This document shows, piece by piece, positions 50,586 to 64,000 of a stretch of DNA of 64,000 nt. The position numbers were made by a program, and so were the translations under genes. The DNA is from an uncultured Acidobacteriota bacterium (GTDB lineage Bacteria > Acidobacteriota > Thermoanaerobaculia > UBA5066 > DATFVB01). Under the pieces are notes generated by a model. That model ran no database searches and had not been told where the DNA came from. It saw only the letters and a list, made by a program, of their open reading frames with translations. Each line of letters starts with the position of its first letter. The first letter of the stretch is position 1. The DNA is taken from NCBI GenBank assembly GCA_963813155.1, contig CAWEYG010000002.1, positions 192,001 to 256,000 of the forward strand, in the 5' to 3' direction.

Positions 50586-52768
50586 GCTCGTTCCCGCAGG
50601 TCCTCCGCGCGAATCGGAAGCTCCCGAACTCTCACCCCGGTCGCGTCGAACACGGCGTTCGCGACGGCGGCATAGACGGGCGGCACCGGCTGCTCGCCCA
50701 CTCCGAGGGGCCGGACGTCGGACGGCACGATGTGCGTCTCGATGGCCGGGCAATCGTGCATCCGAACGACCGGAAAATCGCGATAGGTGCTTTGCTGAAC
50801 TCGCCCTTTCTCGAACGTGATCCTTCCGTGCAGTGTGGCGGAGAGGCCCCAGAGCACGGCGCTCTCGACCTGGCCCTCGACGCCGAGGGGGTTGACGGCG
50901 CGCCCGCAATCGATCGCGCAGACGACGCGATGCACGCGCACGTCGCCCTCCTTCCCCACGGAGACTTCGGCGACCTGCGCGACCATGGTCTGGCGGTGAT
51001 ACGCGTTGCAGGCGAACCCCCGCCCCCACCGGCGGCCGTTGCGCTCGCGCGGCAGCGGCTGTTTCCATCCCGACTTCTCCGCCGCGACCCGGACGACGTT
51101 CCGCAGGCGATCGCCGTTGTCGAGCGTGATCGTGCGAAGCTTCACCGTCCCGGGCGACGGGATGAGGTCCATCCGGAGGTCGATCGGATCGCGGCCCGCC
51201 GCGCGCGCGATTTCGTCCAGAAAGGACTCGCGGCCGAAAACCGTCGACGGGTAGCCGACCGACCTCCAGGCTCCCGTGTTCACCGGAGCCTCGGCGGGAG
51301 CGAAGTCCACGCGCAGCGCGGGAATCGAATAGGGCAGGTCGAACCCGCCCCACGGGTTCTCTTCGTACATCCCGGGGTTCTCCCGATCGAACTTCTCGAA
51401 CATCGTCAGGTGAAAATCGGAGGACCGGTGAATCCAGGCCGAGGGCCTTCCCGCGGCGTCGAACCCCGCGGAAAAGACGTGAAGCGCGGCCGGCTGAAAA
51501 AAGTCGTGGTGCATGTCGTCGGGACGCGTCCACGCGACCTGAACGGGGTACGAGACCTTCCTCGCGAGCTCGACCGCTTCGATCACATAGTCGTACGTCA
51601 GCCGCCTTCCGAACCCGCCGCCGAGAAGCAGGACGTTCAGCCGGACCTTCTCGAGCGGTATCCCGAGCAGCGCCGCGACGTCCTTCTGCGCCTCGTTGGG
51701 GGCCTGCGTGCCGACCCAGATCTCGCATTCGCCGCCGCGCACGACCGCCGCGCAATTCATCGGCTCGAGCGTCGCGTGCGCCTGAAAGGGGTAACGATAG
51801 GTCGCCTCGATCCGGCGCGGAGCCGCGGCGAGCGCGGCGTCCGCATCCCCTTCCCGGCGCGTCGTTCGAGCCCATCCCTTCAAAGCCTCCTCGAGGCGCG
51901 CCCAGTTCCCGGCCGTCGAGTCGGCGGCATGAGGCCCTTCGTCCCACTCGACCGCGAGCGCGTCGCGGCCCCGGAAGGCGGTCCAGGTGTCGGCTGCCGT
52001 GACGGCGATCCCGCTCGGGATCTCCACGACGTCGCGCACCCCGGCGATGGCCTTCGCGGCGGCCGCGTTCCACCGGATCGGTCGGGCCCCGTAAACGGGA
52101 GGGCGCGAGACAGCCGCCCGGAGCATTCCCGGGACCCGGACGTCGAGCCCGTAGACGGCGCTTCCGCCCACGATCGCCGGCCCGTCGAAACGGCGAACTC
52201 GCGTTCCGACCAGGGTGTAGTCGCGCGGATTCTTCAGCACGGGCTCCGCGGGCACCGGGAGAGCGGCCGCCGCGGCGACGAGCTCTCCAAACGGAAGGGA
52301 CCGCCCCGCCGGGCCGATCACGCGGCCGCTTTCGGTCCGGCACGAGTCGCGCGGCACGTTCCACCGCGCCGCCGCCGCGGCGATCAGCATTTCCCGCGCG
52401 GCGGCCCCCGCTTTGCGAAGGGGAATCCAACCGTCGACGACGCTGCTGCTCCCGCTCGTGCGCATGTCGGGAAACTCGGCGCCCGGCCTGGCATGCCGGA
52501 CCTCGATAGAGCTCCAATCCGCCCCCAGCTCCTCGGCGAGCAGCATGGGAAGGGCCGTGCGGACGCCCTGGCCCATCTCCGACTGAGCGGCCGTCAGCAC
52601 CACACGGCCGGACGCGTCGATCGACACCCAGGGGTTCGGCGAAAAGGCGGCCCGAGACGCCGTCGTCTTGACCGGCTCGCCCCCCGCGTTCCAGGGAAAC
52701 TGGAGAACGAGCGCGGCGGCTCCGCCGATGGCGCCCGCCCGCAGAAATTCGCGGCGGGTGGCGCTCAT
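50582..52768 (-). CDS. Xanthine dehydrogenase-family molybdopterin subunit (IorB-like) with Tat signal
   Basis: [38 protein letters not shown]. Confidence 0.9.
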   Translation of the reverse strand: MSATRREFLRAGAIGGAAALVLQFPWNAGGEPVKTTASRAAFSPNPWVSIDASGRVVLTAAQSEMGQGVRTALPMLLAEELGADWSSIEVRHARPGAEFPDMRTSGSSSVVDGWIPLRKAGAAAREMLIAAAAARWNVPRDSCRTESGRVIGPAGRSLPFGELVAAAAALPVPAEPVLKNPRDYTLVGTRVRRFDGPAIVGGSAVYGLDVRVPGMLRAAVSRPPVYGARPIRWNAAAAKAIAGVRDVVEIPSGIAVTAADTWTAFRGRDALAVEWDEGPHAADSTAGNWARLEEALKGWARTTRREGDADAALAAAPRRIEATYRYPFQAHATLEPMNCAAVVRGGECEIWVGTQAPNEAQKDVAALLGIPLEKVRLNVLLLGGGFGRRLTYDYVIEAVELARKVSYPVQVAWTRPDDMHHDFFQPAALHVFSAGFDAAGRPSAWIHRSSDFHLTMFEKFDRENPGMYEENPWGGFDLPYSIPALRVDFAPAEAPVNTGAWRSVGYPSTVFGRESFLDEIARAAGRDPIDLRMDLIPSPGTVKLRTITLDNGDRLRNVVRVAAEKSGWKQPLPRERNGRRWGRGFACNAYHRQTMVAQVAEVSVGKEGDVRVHRVVCAIDCGRAVNPLGVEGQVESAVLWGLSATLHGRITFEKGRVQQSTYRDFPVVRMHDCPAIETHIVPSDVRPLGVGEQPVPPVYAAVANAVFDATGVRVRELPIRAEDLRERA

Positions 52769-53237
52769 CGCTTCTCCCCCGCCAGCCGCGCCGCCCGATG
52801 GATGGCCTTTCTCATTCTCGTGTAGGTGCCGCAGCGGCAAACGAGATCGGACATCGCGGCGTCGATCTCGGCGTCGCTCGGGATCCGGCTTTTCGTTCAG
52901 CAGCGCGCTCGCGGCCATGATCATGCCCGGCTGGCAGTAGCCGCACTGAGCGACGTCCTCCTCGATCCACGCCCGCTGGCAGGGGTGGCCTCTTCCGGCG
53001 GAAAGGCCTTCGATCGTCGTGAACGACCGGCCGCTGGCTTCGCGAACGGGGATCTGGCATGAGCGGACGGCGCGCGCCCTTTTCGTGGACGGTGCAGGCG
53101 CCGCAGACCCCGACGCCGCAGCCGAACTTCGTGCCGGTCAGCCCGAGGTGATCGCGCAGAACCCAGAGGACGGGAGTCTCGGGGTCGCCTTCGAAGGCAC
53201 GGTGAGCTCCGTTGACGGTGAGCTGAAATCTTGCCAT
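52765..53237 (-). CDS. (2Fe-2S)-binding small subunit (IorA/CoxS-like); two apparent +1 frameshifts near 53075 and 52879
   Basis: [24 protein letters not shown] and CRCGTY occur in three successive frames; restored stop overlaps the large-subunit ATG. Confidence 0.85.
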
Positions 53238-53296
53238 GCCCCTGAATACGGCAGGAGCGGCAGAAAAGTCCCGAGGGAACGCCGAGGTTTACCCGA

Positions 53297-53359
53297 GGGT
53301 TGACCCCTCCCCGGCTTCGCCACCCCTCCCCGCAAGCGGGGAGGGGAAGGGGGTGGGGT

Positions 53360-53365
<6 letters not shown>
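53297..53365. repeat. GC-rich branched palindrome (REP-like; possible terminator) at the rho 3' end
   Basis: CCCCTCCCCGC-AA-GCGGGGAGGGG hairpin plus GGC-TTC-GCC, enclosed by GGGTTGACCCC/GGGGTCTACCC. Confidence 0.65.
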
Positions 53366-54714
<1,349 letters not shown>

Positions 54715-54743
<29 letters not shown>

Positions 54744-55299
54744 TGGGAAGCTCCTTTTGAATCCTTTTTCTCAAAGACTCGATTCCTTCGCCCGTTCTAG
54801 AGGAAACAAACAGAACGTCGCCGAATTCCTTCTCGAGTCTGGCTTTGGCCTGGGATCGTTCCGACTGGTTTAACCGATCCGCTTTGGTCGCAATACATGC
54901 CGACCGAAGGGCCAGATCTCTGAGATAGTCGCGGAAATCGAGGTCGAAGTCGGAAGTCGGTATTCTAGGGTCGATCAGCTGGATCGTCAAGAGGGGTCTT
55001 TTCCCTTCGAAAAGCGAGGCCACGAGCTCTTTCCAGGACGCCCGGTCGTCGCGCGAACCGGCCGCAAAACCGAAGCCCGGCAGGTCCGCCGCGATCCACC
55101 CCGCCCTCGAGTCGAAGAGATAGATTGCCCGCGTTCTGCCGGGGGTTTTCGAGATCCGGGCGACGGGGAGCTTCAGCAACGCATTCAAAAGACTCGATTT
55201 GCCGACGTTGCTTCGTCCTCCGAACGCCACCAGATTGGCGATTTTCGGCGGAAAATCGCGCGGACCGTGGACCGCGGCCAGAAGCCGCTCCTTGTTCAT
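54715..55299 (-). CDS. engB: Ribosome biogenesis GTP-binding protein YihA/YsxC
   Basis: [26 protein letters not shown]. Confidence 0.9.
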
Positions 55300-55329
55300 T
55301 CATCTCCCCCGAAATGTGAGTCGGGACGA

Positions 55330-57714
55330 TCAGTGCATCAGGCCGGGGTTCGAAAGGTCGCCTTCGACCTCGACGGGCTTGGGCGCCGCCACGGAGGCGT
55401 GGTCCATCGCGACTTTGATCACCTCGTCCATGTTGTCGACGAGCTGAAACTCCATCGCTTCGCGGACTTCCTTCGGGATTTCGTCCAGGTCCTTTTCGTT
55501 CTCGACCGGCAGCGCGATCACGCGAATCCCCGCGCGGTACGCGGCGAGGACCTTGTCCTTGATGCCTCCGACCGGAAGCACCTTGCCCCGCAGCGTGATC
55601 TCGCCCGTCATCGCGACGTCGCGGAGGATCGGAATGCGCGTGACGGCGGAAAAGAGCGAAGTTGCGAGGGCGATCCCCGCGGACGGCCCGTCCTTCGGGA
55701 TCGCGCCTTCGGGAACGTGGATGTGAATGTCTTTCTTCTCGTGAAAATCGGGATCGGCGTCGTAGATCTCCGCCCGGCTTCGAACGTACGAGACGGCCGC
55801 CCGGGCTGACTCCTGCATCACGTCGCCGAGCGATCCGGTCAGGGTCAGCGTGCCCTTCCCCTTGAGGAGGCTCGTTTCGATCGTCAGGATCTCTCCGCCG
55901 ACTTCGGTCCAGGCGAGACCGGTGGCCATGCCCACTTCGGACGTCTCGCCCTTCTTCCGATTGCGGAACTTCGCCTTCCCGAGGTAGTCCTTCAGCTCGT
56001 CGGGCCGGATTTCCAGCGGAGGCGTCGCCTGGCCGGCCACGACCCTTCGCGCGACCTTCCGGCAGATGCTCGCGATTTCGCGCTCCAGGTTTCGGACGCC
56101 CGCCTCGCGCGTGTGGTCCGAAATGACCGCGAGGATCGTCTCGTCGGAGAAGACGATCGCCCCCGCCTCGAGACCGTGCTCCTCGATCTGTTTCGGAACG
56201 AGGAACCGCTGGGCGATCTGGGTCTTCTCCTGGTGCGTGTAGCCGGAGAGGCTCAGGAGCTCCATCCGGTCCTTGAGGGCCGGTGGGATCGGGTGCGCGA
56301 CGTTGGCCGTCGCGATGAACATCACTTTCGACAGGTCGTACTCCACGTCGAGGTAGTGGTCGACGAACGCGTGGTTCTGCTCCGGATCGAGAACTTCCAG
56401 CAGCGCCGAGGAGGGGTCGCCTCGAAAATCCATCGACATCTTGTCGACTTCGTCGAGGAGAAAGACCGGGTTGACGACGCCGGCCTTCTTCATCATCTGG
56501 ATGATCTGGCCGGGAAACGCGCCGATGTAGGTCCGCCGGTGTCCTCGGATCTCCGCCTCGTCGCGAACGCCTCCCAGCGACAGCCGCACGAACGGGCGGT
56601 TCAGCGACTTCGCGATCGATCGGGCAAGCGAGGTCTTGCCCACTCCGGGCGGGCCGACGAAGCAGATGATCGAGCCGCGCGCCTTCTTGGAGAGCTGCCG
56701 CACGGCGAGAAATTCGAGGATCCTCTCCTTGATTTTCTCGAGCCCGTAGTGGTCCTCGTTCAGGACCTTCTCGGCGAGACCGATGTCCTTGCACTCCTTC
56801 GCGTATTTCTTCCAGGGAACCGCGAGCAGCCAGTCGATGTAGTTGCGGGACACGGTCGCTTCGGCCGAAACGCCGGGCATCGCCTCGAGGCGCTTGAGCT
56901 CCGCCGTCGCCTTTTCAGCGACATCCTTCGGCATTTCGGCTTCCTCGATCTTCTTCTTGAGGTCCGCCGTTTCGTCCGAGCGGTCGTCGTTGCGCCCGAG
57001 CTCCTGATGGATCGCCTTGATCTTCTCGTTCAGGTAGTACTCGCGCTGCGCCTTCTCCATCTGCTTCTTGACCTTGTTGTTGATGCGGCGATCGAGGTTG
57101 ATCTTCTCGATCTCCCCTTCGAGCAGGTCGGCGATCTTCGCGAGGCGTTCCGACGGCTTCGAGGCCTCCAGCAGCGCCTGCTTCTCGGGGGTCGCGACGT
57201 TGAGGTGCGAAGCGAGGGTATCGGCGAATCGGTCCGGGTCGTCGGTCTTGAGCGTCGCCGCGAGACCGTCGAACGCAAGATGGTGCGAGAGACGGGCGTA
57301 CTGCTCGAACGTCGTCAGGACCTTCGCCATGAACTCGCGCAGGTCGTCCACCGACGCGCCGCGGACTTCGACGGGGACCACTTCGACGAGAAACGAGTCC
57401 CGCTCGAACAGGAACGACCGGATGGTGCCCCGGCGAACGCCCTCCACCATCACCTTGATGTGGCCGTTCGGGAGCTTTTGCGACTGCAGGATCTGGGCGA
57501 CGACGCCGGTCTCGAAAATATCCGACGCCGCCGGCTCGTCGATCTTCGGGTTCTTTTGCGCGGAGAGGAAGATGCGCTTCTCCGGGGTCGCGAGCGCTTT
57601 CTCCAGCGCGCGGATCGACGATTCCCGGCCGACGACGAACGGCGACATCTGGTGCGGAAAGACGACCATGTCCCGCAGCGGAACGAGCGGAAGCGTCTCG
57701 AGGGCTTCGGCCAT
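55330..57714 (-). CDS. lon: ATP-dependent Lon protease
   Basis: [29 protein letters not shown]. Confidence 0.97.
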   Translation of the reverse strand: MAEALETLPLVPLRDMVVFPHQMSPFVVGRESSIRALEKALATPEKRIFLSAQKNPKIDEPAASDIFETGVVAQILQSQKLPNGHIKVMVEGVRRGTIRSFLFERDSFLVEVVPVEVRGASVDDLREFMAKVLTTFEQYARLSHHLAFDGLAATLKTDDPDRFADTLASHLNVATPEKQALLEASKPSERLAKIADLLEGEIEKINLDRRINNKVKKQMEKAQREYYLNEKIKAIHQELGRNDDRSDETADLKKKIEEAEMPKDVAEKATAELKRLEAMPGVSAEATVSRNYIDWLLAVPWKKYAKECKDIGLAEKVLNEDHYGLEKIKERILEFLAVRQLSKKARGSIICFVGPPGVGKTSLARSIAKSLNRPFVRLSLGGVRDEAEIRGHRRTYIGAFPGQIIQMMKKAGVVNPVFLLDEVDKMSMDFRGDPSSALLEVLDPEQNHAFVDHYLDVEYDLSKVMFIATANVAHPIPPALKDRMELLSLSGYTHQEKTQIAQRFLVPKQIEEHGLEAGAIVFSDETILAVISDHTREAGVRNLEREIASICRKVARRVVAGQATPPLEIRPDELKDYLGKAKFRNRKKGETSEVGMATGLAWTEVGGEILTIETSLLKGKGTLTLTGSLGDVMQESARAAVSYVRSRAEIYDADPDFHEKKDIHIHVPEGAIPKDGPSAGIALATSLFSAVTRIPILRDVAMTGEITLRGKVLPVGGIKDKVLAAYRAGIRVIALPVENEKDLDEIPKEVREAMEFQLVDNMDEVIKVAMDHASVAAPKPVEVEGDLSNPGLMH

Positions 57715-57717
57715 CGG

Positions 57718-58962
<1,245 letters not shown>

Positions 58963-59125
58963 TCAACCTCCGGAATGACTTCCTGACACCGAATTTATCC
59001 TACCATAACCGGGACATCCGATCACGTTAACGTCTGACTCGACAGGGAAAATTCCGCACCTCCCCGTCCTTTCATCGCCGCCAGCTGCCGCGCGGCGCAC
59101 GGCTCGAACTGGTTGGGCAGCGACA

Positions 59126-59245
59126 GCCGAGCGGGTGGCGCGGGAGGAGACTCCCTTTTGCCGCTCGCGACGCGGGTGTAGCAAAGTCCTCAGGCTCGCG
59201 GCGAGCGGAAAAGAGGAGCGAGTCCCGCGACAGGACCCGCTCGGC
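59126..59245 (+). repeat. Dispersed palindromic element, family A, copy 2 (clpP-clpX intergenic)
   Basis: Perfect 11-bp terminal inverted repeat GCCGAGCGGGT/ACCCGCTCGGC; same arms and apical sequence as copy 1. Confidence 0.92.
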
Positions 59246-59269
59246 CGCCGGGGCTAGCTATCGTCCGCG

Positions 59270-59953
59270 CTAGCCTGCTGCCTTCAGGGTCGTGTCGTCG
59301 CGGCTCGTGAACACGTGATCGATCAGCCCGTACTTCTTCGCCTCGTCCGCCTCGAGGATGAAGTCGCGGTCCGTGTCCCGCTCGATTTTCTCGAAGGACT
59401 GCCCCGCGTGCTTGACGTAAATGTCGGTGATCTTCTTTTTCAGGCGAACGAGATCCTTCGCGTGGATCTCGATGTCCGACGTCTGGCCCTGGAGCCCCGA
59501 CGTCCACGGCTGGTGGAGAAGAAACCGCGCGTTCGGAAGCGCGTGCCGCTTGCCCGGCGCGCCGGCCGCCATCAGCACGGACGCCATCGACGCGGCCTGC
59601 CCCATGCAGATCGTCTGGACGTCGGGCTTGACGTACTGCATGGTGTCGTAGATCGCGAGACCGGCGGTGACGACCCCGCCGGGAGAGTTGATGTACAGCA
59701 TGATGTCTTTTTCCGGGTTCTCCGCCTCGAGAAAAAGCATCTGGGCAATGATCAGGCTGGCGACGTTGTCGTCGATGGGCGTCCCCAGAATGATCACGTT
59801 GTCCTTGAGCAGCCGGGAGTAAATGTCGTAGGCCCTCTCGCCTCGACTCGTTTGTTCGATCACCATCGGGACCAGCACGGAGCCACCTCCTCCTTCTTCT
59901 TCTTCCTCGCTTCGAGCGCTTCGCGCGTCGTTCATGCCTTCTTCAATGCTCAC
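59270..59953 (-). CDS. clpP: Clp protease proteolytic subunit
   Basis: [25 protein letters not shown]; start uncertain. Confidence 0.96.
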   Translation of the reverse strand: MSIEEGMNDARSARSEEEEEGGGGSVLVPMVIEQTSRGERAYDIYSRLLKDNVIILGTPIDDNVASLIIAQMLFLEAENPEKDIMLYINSPGGVVTAGLAIYDTMQYVKPDVQTICMGQAASMASVLMAAGAPGKRHALPNARFLLHQPWTSGLQGQTSDIEIHAKDLVRLKKKITDIYVKHAGQSFEKIERDTDRDFILEADEAKKYGLIDHVFTSRDDTTLKAAG

Positions 59954-59963
59954 GGGAGTGATT

Positions 59964-61310
59964 TTATTTCGTTTGGCCCGCTTCCACGGGCTGGACGGAT
60001 GCGTGGTCGATCAGCCACGACATCGCTTTCTGCAGGCGAATCTCCTGGCGAACCGACCCGAGACGGCCGCCCTTCTCGAGGCGTTCCTTCAGCTCGCCGA
60101 AATCGACGCCGCGCCGGACGGCGCTGTTTCGGACTTCCGCGTCGACCTCCGTATCGGTCACGGAGACGTCCTCGCGCCGCGCGATCTCGTCGAGCAGGAG
60201 ATACTCCTGGACTCTCTTCTCGGCCCCGGGACGGGCGTCGGCCGCCAGCTTGTCCCAGTCCGCCTCTTTCGGATCGACGCCCCGGGTCTGAAGGTAGCCG
60301 GCATAGTCTTCGAGAGCCGATTCCACCTCGGCGTCGACGAGCACTTCGGGCGGCGAGATCCGGACTCCCGACAGCAGGTTGTCGAGGATCTCGCGGTGAA
60401 ATTTCCGCCTCCGGCCCGCTTCCTTCTCCGCGCGAATCCCCGCCGCGATCTTCTCTTTCAATTCGGCGGCCGATTCCGCGTTCCCGACGTGGCGCGCGAA
60501 TTCCTCGTCGAGCTCGGGCACGCGCTTTTCCTTCAGGGCGACGAGCGTCACGTCGTAATCGAACGTCTTTCCCGCGAACTTCTCGTTCGGGAAATCCGGG
60601 GCAAACGTCTTGCGAAAGCGCCGTGTTTCTCCGGGCAGTGCGCCGAGGAGCGCTTCGTTCACCTCGGGCATGGAGTCCGGGTGCCCCACTTCGAGCGTGA
60701 CCTTCTCGTCCTTTTCCCACTCGCCGGCCTTTTCGTCCGCGATCGCCTCACCGGCGCCCGTGTAGAGCACCGGGCTCTGGAGCTCCACGAGCCGGCTCGC
60801 GACGTCGGAGATCGCAAAGTCCCCCTTCTCCGCCGCGCGTCCCTCGATCGGGAGAAACTCCGCGTGCGACTCGAGGATCCGGGCGAGCGTCTGCTCGATC
60901 TCGGGCTCGTCCGGCTCGACCGACACGTCGTGGATCGGAACGCCCGTGTAGTCGCCGGGCTCGATCGGAGGCCGCACGTCCACGTTCGCGCGGAACGCCA
61001 GCGGCTTCCCCTCTTCGAACCGGAGGTCCTCGATGCGCGGCCTCCCGAGCGGCTGCACGCCCTTCTCCGCGATCGCGCTGCCCAGGGCGTCCGGGATGAG
61101 GTGTTCGAGCAGCTCGTCGCGAATCTCGGCGGCGAATCGCTGCGCCGCGACGGATTCGGGGATCTTCCCCTTCCGAAACCCCGGGAGGTTCGCCCGGCGG
61201 GCGAAATCGCGCGTGATGCCCTTCTTCGCCCGCTCGACTTCCTCGGACGGAATCTCGATCTCGAACACCCGGCGCGAGTCGGAAACCTCGGAATAGTTGA
61301 GAATCGCCAT
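59964..61310 (-). CDS. tig: Trigger factor
   Basis: LPGFRKGK ribosome-binding loop, FKBP domain, position upstream of clpP. Confidence 0.93.
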   Translation of the reverse strand: MAILNYSEVSDSRRVFEIEIPSEEVERAKKGITRDFARRANLPGFRKGKIPESVAAQRFAAEIRDELLEHLIPDALGSAIAEKGVQPLGRPRIEDLRFEEGKPLAFRANVDVRPPIEPGDYTGVPIHDVSVEPDEPEIEQTLARILESHAEFLPIEGRAAEKGDFAISDVASRLVELQSPVLYTGAGEAIADEKAGEWEKDEKVTLEVGHPDSMPEVNEALLGALPGETRRFRKTFAPDFPNEKFAGKTFDYDVTLVALKEKRVPELDEEFARHVGNAESAAELKEKIAAGIRAEKEAGRRRKFHREILDNLLSGVRISPPEVLVDAEVESALEDYAGYLQTRGVDPKEADWDKLAADARPGAEKRVQEYLLLDEIARREDVSVTDTEVDAEVRNSAVRRGVDFGELKERLEKGGRLGSVRQEIRLQKAMSWLIDHASVQPVEAGQTK

Positions 61311-61330
61311 CCAGGCCATCATAACAAATG

Positions 61331-61454
61331 GACCGTGCGGGTCCTGTCATGGGACTCGCCCCACTTTTCCGCTCGCTGCGAGTGTGAGGACTTTGCTACG
61401 ACTCCGCGCCGCGAGCGGCAAAAGGGGGTCTCCTCCCATGCCACCCGCCCGGCC
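61331..61454 (-). repeat. Dispersed palindromic element, family A, copy 3 (inverted, upstream of tig)
   Basis: Reverse complement matches copies 1 and 2, including GTAGCAAAGTCCTCA and ACAGGACCCG. Confidence 0.92.
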
Positions 61455-61477
61455 CCCGCATCGTGCGCTGCGCCCTG

Positions 61478-61604
61478 CGAGATCCGCAGCGGGCCAATGA
61501 CCGGCGCAGGCTGGTCTCTGAGACCCCGAGGGAAAGCGAACTGCGGCCGAGGGTCGAGAGACTTGCCGAGACCGGCGCTGGGGCTAGACCCGAGCGGATC
61601 GAGC
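61478..61604 (+). repeat. Dispersed palindromic element, family B, copy 2
   Basis: 35-nt core identical to 2447-2566; different but still pairing outer stem GATCCGC/GCGGATC. Confidence 0.85.
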
Positions 61605-61629
61605 GAAGCCCATGCGGTCCGGGGACGGT

Positions 61630-62254
61630 CTAGCTGAGAACCACGATGACGACGCGGCGGTTCTTCGAGCGCCCGTCTTTGGACTTGTTCGAATCGACCG
61701 GCTGGGTTTCGCCGTACGAGATCGTGCTCAACCGGTTGAGCGCGACGCCCTTTTGATTCAGGTAGAGGCGCACCGCGTCCGCCCGTTCCTGGCCGAGCCG
61801 CATGTTGTACTCGGAGGAACCGGTGGAATCCGTGTGTCCCTGAATCTCGATGAAGACGTTCTTGTTGTCCGTCTTCAGTCTTTCGACGAATTCGTCCAGC
61901 TGCTCCTCGGCCTCCTTCGAAAGATCGTGGCCGTTCACGGGAAAGTGGGCTTTGTCGTCGGAGAGCACGACGGAGTAGTTGAATTTTCCCTGCGCCAGCT
62001 TGCCGGCTTCCGTCGCCCGCGCAATCGCGTCCCGCGTCGACTTGTCGAGCGCCGTGATGCGCTGCTCGTGATCGTTGACGCGCGTCTGGGTCTGCTCGAC
62101 CTGGGATTCGACGTCGGTGATGCGCTTCTCGGATTTCACGCTGCTCTTCTCGACCTCGGCCGAAACGTATTGCTTGGTGGCGCACCCCGGGAGAATCGCC
62201 AGCATCGCCGCGAGCCCCAGGAAGAGTCCCCCGGATTGCCGTCTTCGATGTCAT
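61630..62254 (-). CDS. OmpA/Pal-like peptidoglycan-binding lipoprotein, copy 1; apparent +1 frameshift near 62227
   Basis: TAAGGAG RBS at ATG 62254, LPGC lipobox, coiled coil, GHTD..G..YNMRLGQERA, NRRV. Confidence 0.88.
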
Positions 62255-62339
62255 GCCCTGCTCCTTACTTTGTGGGGCGAGCATTCGGTTTCGAGCCCGC
62301 CCGGCTACTGCGAATCATAACATCCGCAGGCCTCCGAAC

Positions 62340-62368
62340 AAAGAGAAAGGGGCGCCGCGTAGCGCCCC
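62340..62368 (-). terminator. Probable intrinsic terminator between the two OmpA-like genes
   Basis: GGGGCGC-6nt-GCGCCCC hairpin followed by TTTCTCTTT on the minus strand. Confidence 0.6.
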
Positions 62369-62419
62369 CGCCGGTCCCGTCCCGATATCCCGGGCGGACC
62401 GTCCAAACATAGTGGTTCG

Positions 62420-63041
62420 TTAGCTCAGGACGACGATCACGACCCGGCGATTCTTCGATCGCCCGACCTTCGTCTTGTTCGAGTCGACGGGCTCCGTCTC
62501 GCCGTAGGAAATCGTTCCCATGCGATTGAGCGCCACGCCCTTCTGATTGAGGTAGAGGCGCACGGCCTCGGCGCGTTCTTCGCCCAGCCGCATGTTGTAA
62601 GTCGCGCGTTCCCGTGGCGTCGGTGTGTCCCTGAATCTCGAGATACACGTTCTTGTCGTCGGATTTGAGGTGGTCGACGAACTCGTCGAGCTCGGATTTC
62701 GCCTCTGTCGACAGCTCGTGCCGGTTCAGCGGAAAGTGCGCCTTGTCGTCGGAGAGCACGATCGAGTAGTTGAATTTTCCCTGCGCGAGCTTGCCGGCCT
62801 CGCTGGCGCGATCGAGCGCGTCCTTCGTGGATTTGTCGAGCTCCTGGATCCTCTGCTCGTGGTTGCTGACGGCCGTCTGTGTCTGCTCGATCTGGCTCTC
62901 CACTTCGGAGATGTGCTTCTCGGCGGCTGTGCTGCTCTTCTGCACCTCTCCCGAGACGTACTTCTTCGTCGCGCAGCCCGGCACGAGCGCGAGCGCCGCC
63001 GCAACCCCCAATCCGATTCCCCAGTTTTGAATCTTCGCCAT
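62420..63041 (-). CDS. OmpA/Pal-like peptidoglycan-binding lipoprotein, copy 2; apparent +1 frameshift near 62600
   Basis: VPGC lipobox; paralog of 61630-62254; YNMRLG...NRRVVIVVLS is restored in the shifted frame. Confidence 0.88.
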
Positions 63042-63057
63042 CTCTGTCTCCCTTCTG

Positions 63058-63981
63058 TTATTTCCGCCCGGAGGCGGCGTTTCCTGGTGCAATGGTCAGC
63101 GGTTTCGGAGCGGAGCCCCGGTATCCGCGGCGCGCTCGGATGACCCGTGTGCCGCCGCCCGTTGCCGTGACCAAGATCGCCCGGTACTTCACATCCCCCT
63201 CTCCCGACGGCTCGAAGCTGAGGACGTATTGCCGCCGCAGCTCGCCGTCGATCGTTTCCGCAAGAGGCCGGAGATCCTCGTCTCCGGAGACCAGAAACAT
63301 TCGTCCTCCCGATGCTTCCGCCAGGAGATCGAGGGTCGAAAGGGACAATTCCTTGCGATCCTCTTCATTCAATTGGGTGTAGGAAGCATTTTTCATGCCC
63401 AAAGCGTAGACGGGGACGCTCTGGTTCTGGACGACCCGATGCACGTCTTCGGTCGTCATCTCGCTCGCATTGTCCACGCCGTCCGAAAACAGCAGGATCG
63501 CCCGCTTCGCGTTGGCCCCGGAAAGCAGCTCGTTGCTCAACTGGATGACGGCGTCGTACAGGGCGGTCTTCCCCTCCGGCTCCAGGCGATCGAGCTCTTT
63601 CAGCAGCGGAGACGGGTTCAGGCTGAATTTCGAGACCACCCGGACCTCCGCGTCGGAAAACGTGAAAAGGGCGAAATCGTCGCCCTTGCGGCGCAGGGCG
63701 ACCAGGCGCCGGATCATCTGCTTCGCCCGCTCGAGCTTGTCGGCGATCCGCATCGACCCCGAGACGTCGAGCAGGATCGCAAACGAGACGGGGGCCTCGT
63801 CGTTTCGATCGAAGGCCTCGACCCCGACCGGGTTCCCGTCGACCCACACGTGGAAGTCCTTTTGACCGAGGTCGTCGACGAACTTTCCCTTCCGATCGCG
63901 GACGACGACCGGGATCTGGACGTACTCGGCCCCCGTCGTCGCGGTGAAGTGCCCGGCGGGAGGCTCCTGGGCTGCCGACAT
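63058..63981 (-). CDS. VWA-domain protein (Acidobacterial type); 5' end may lie beyond the window
   Basis: VVVRDRKGKFVDDL, LLDVSGSM MIDAS motif, TALYDA, SDGVD, LRRQYVLSF. Confidence 0.85.
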   Translation of the reverse strand: MSAAQEPPAGHFTATTGAEYVQIPVVVRDRKGKFVDDLGQKDFHVWVDGNPVGVEAFDRNDEAPVSFAILLDVSGSMRIADKLERAKQMIRRLVALRRKGDDFALFTFSDAEVRVVSKFSLNPSPLLKELDRLEPEGKTALYDAVIQLSNELLSGANAKRAILLFSDGVDNASEMTTEDVHRVVQNQSVPVYALGMKNASYTQLNEEDRKELSLSTLDLLAEASGGRMFLVSGDEDLRPLAETIDGELRRQYVLSFEPSGEGDVKYRAILVTATGGGTRVIRARRGYRGSAPKPLTIAPGNAASGRK

Positions 63982-64000
63982 GCCCGGGGGAACGGCTGAA

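Overview
GC-rich (about 68% by eye) bacterial chromosomal core segment. The Oar-like TonB receptor, VWA protein, DUF4388 protein and futalosine genes suggest Acidobacteriota; this is an inference. About 55 CDS are present, including galU, moeA, an acyl-CoA carboxylase cluster, tldD/pmbA, selA, a phd/vapC toxin-antitoxin pair, mqnA, mqnC, an argR-C-B-D-G-H-J operon, a Tat-exported IorAB-type molybdoenzyme with XdhC, and tig-clpP-clpX-lon-engB-rho. No rRNA, tRNA, CRISPR array, prophage or transposase was seen. The most unusual signal is a set of dispersed ~120-bp rod-like palindromic elements. Family A has 3 copies and family B has 2. They show compensatory stem changes, invariant apical sequences and tandem G-A mismatches, and one family A copy is read in frame inside the 5' end of argD. 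Other observations: an ACP-less hydrolase/FabF/methyltransferase/flavin-oxidoreductase mini-cluster, a probable CTG start for vapC, widespread leaderless promoter architecture, and about 10 frameshifts in 9 genes, most likely consensus or assembly artefacts. Product calls come from motif and family recognition, not database searches.
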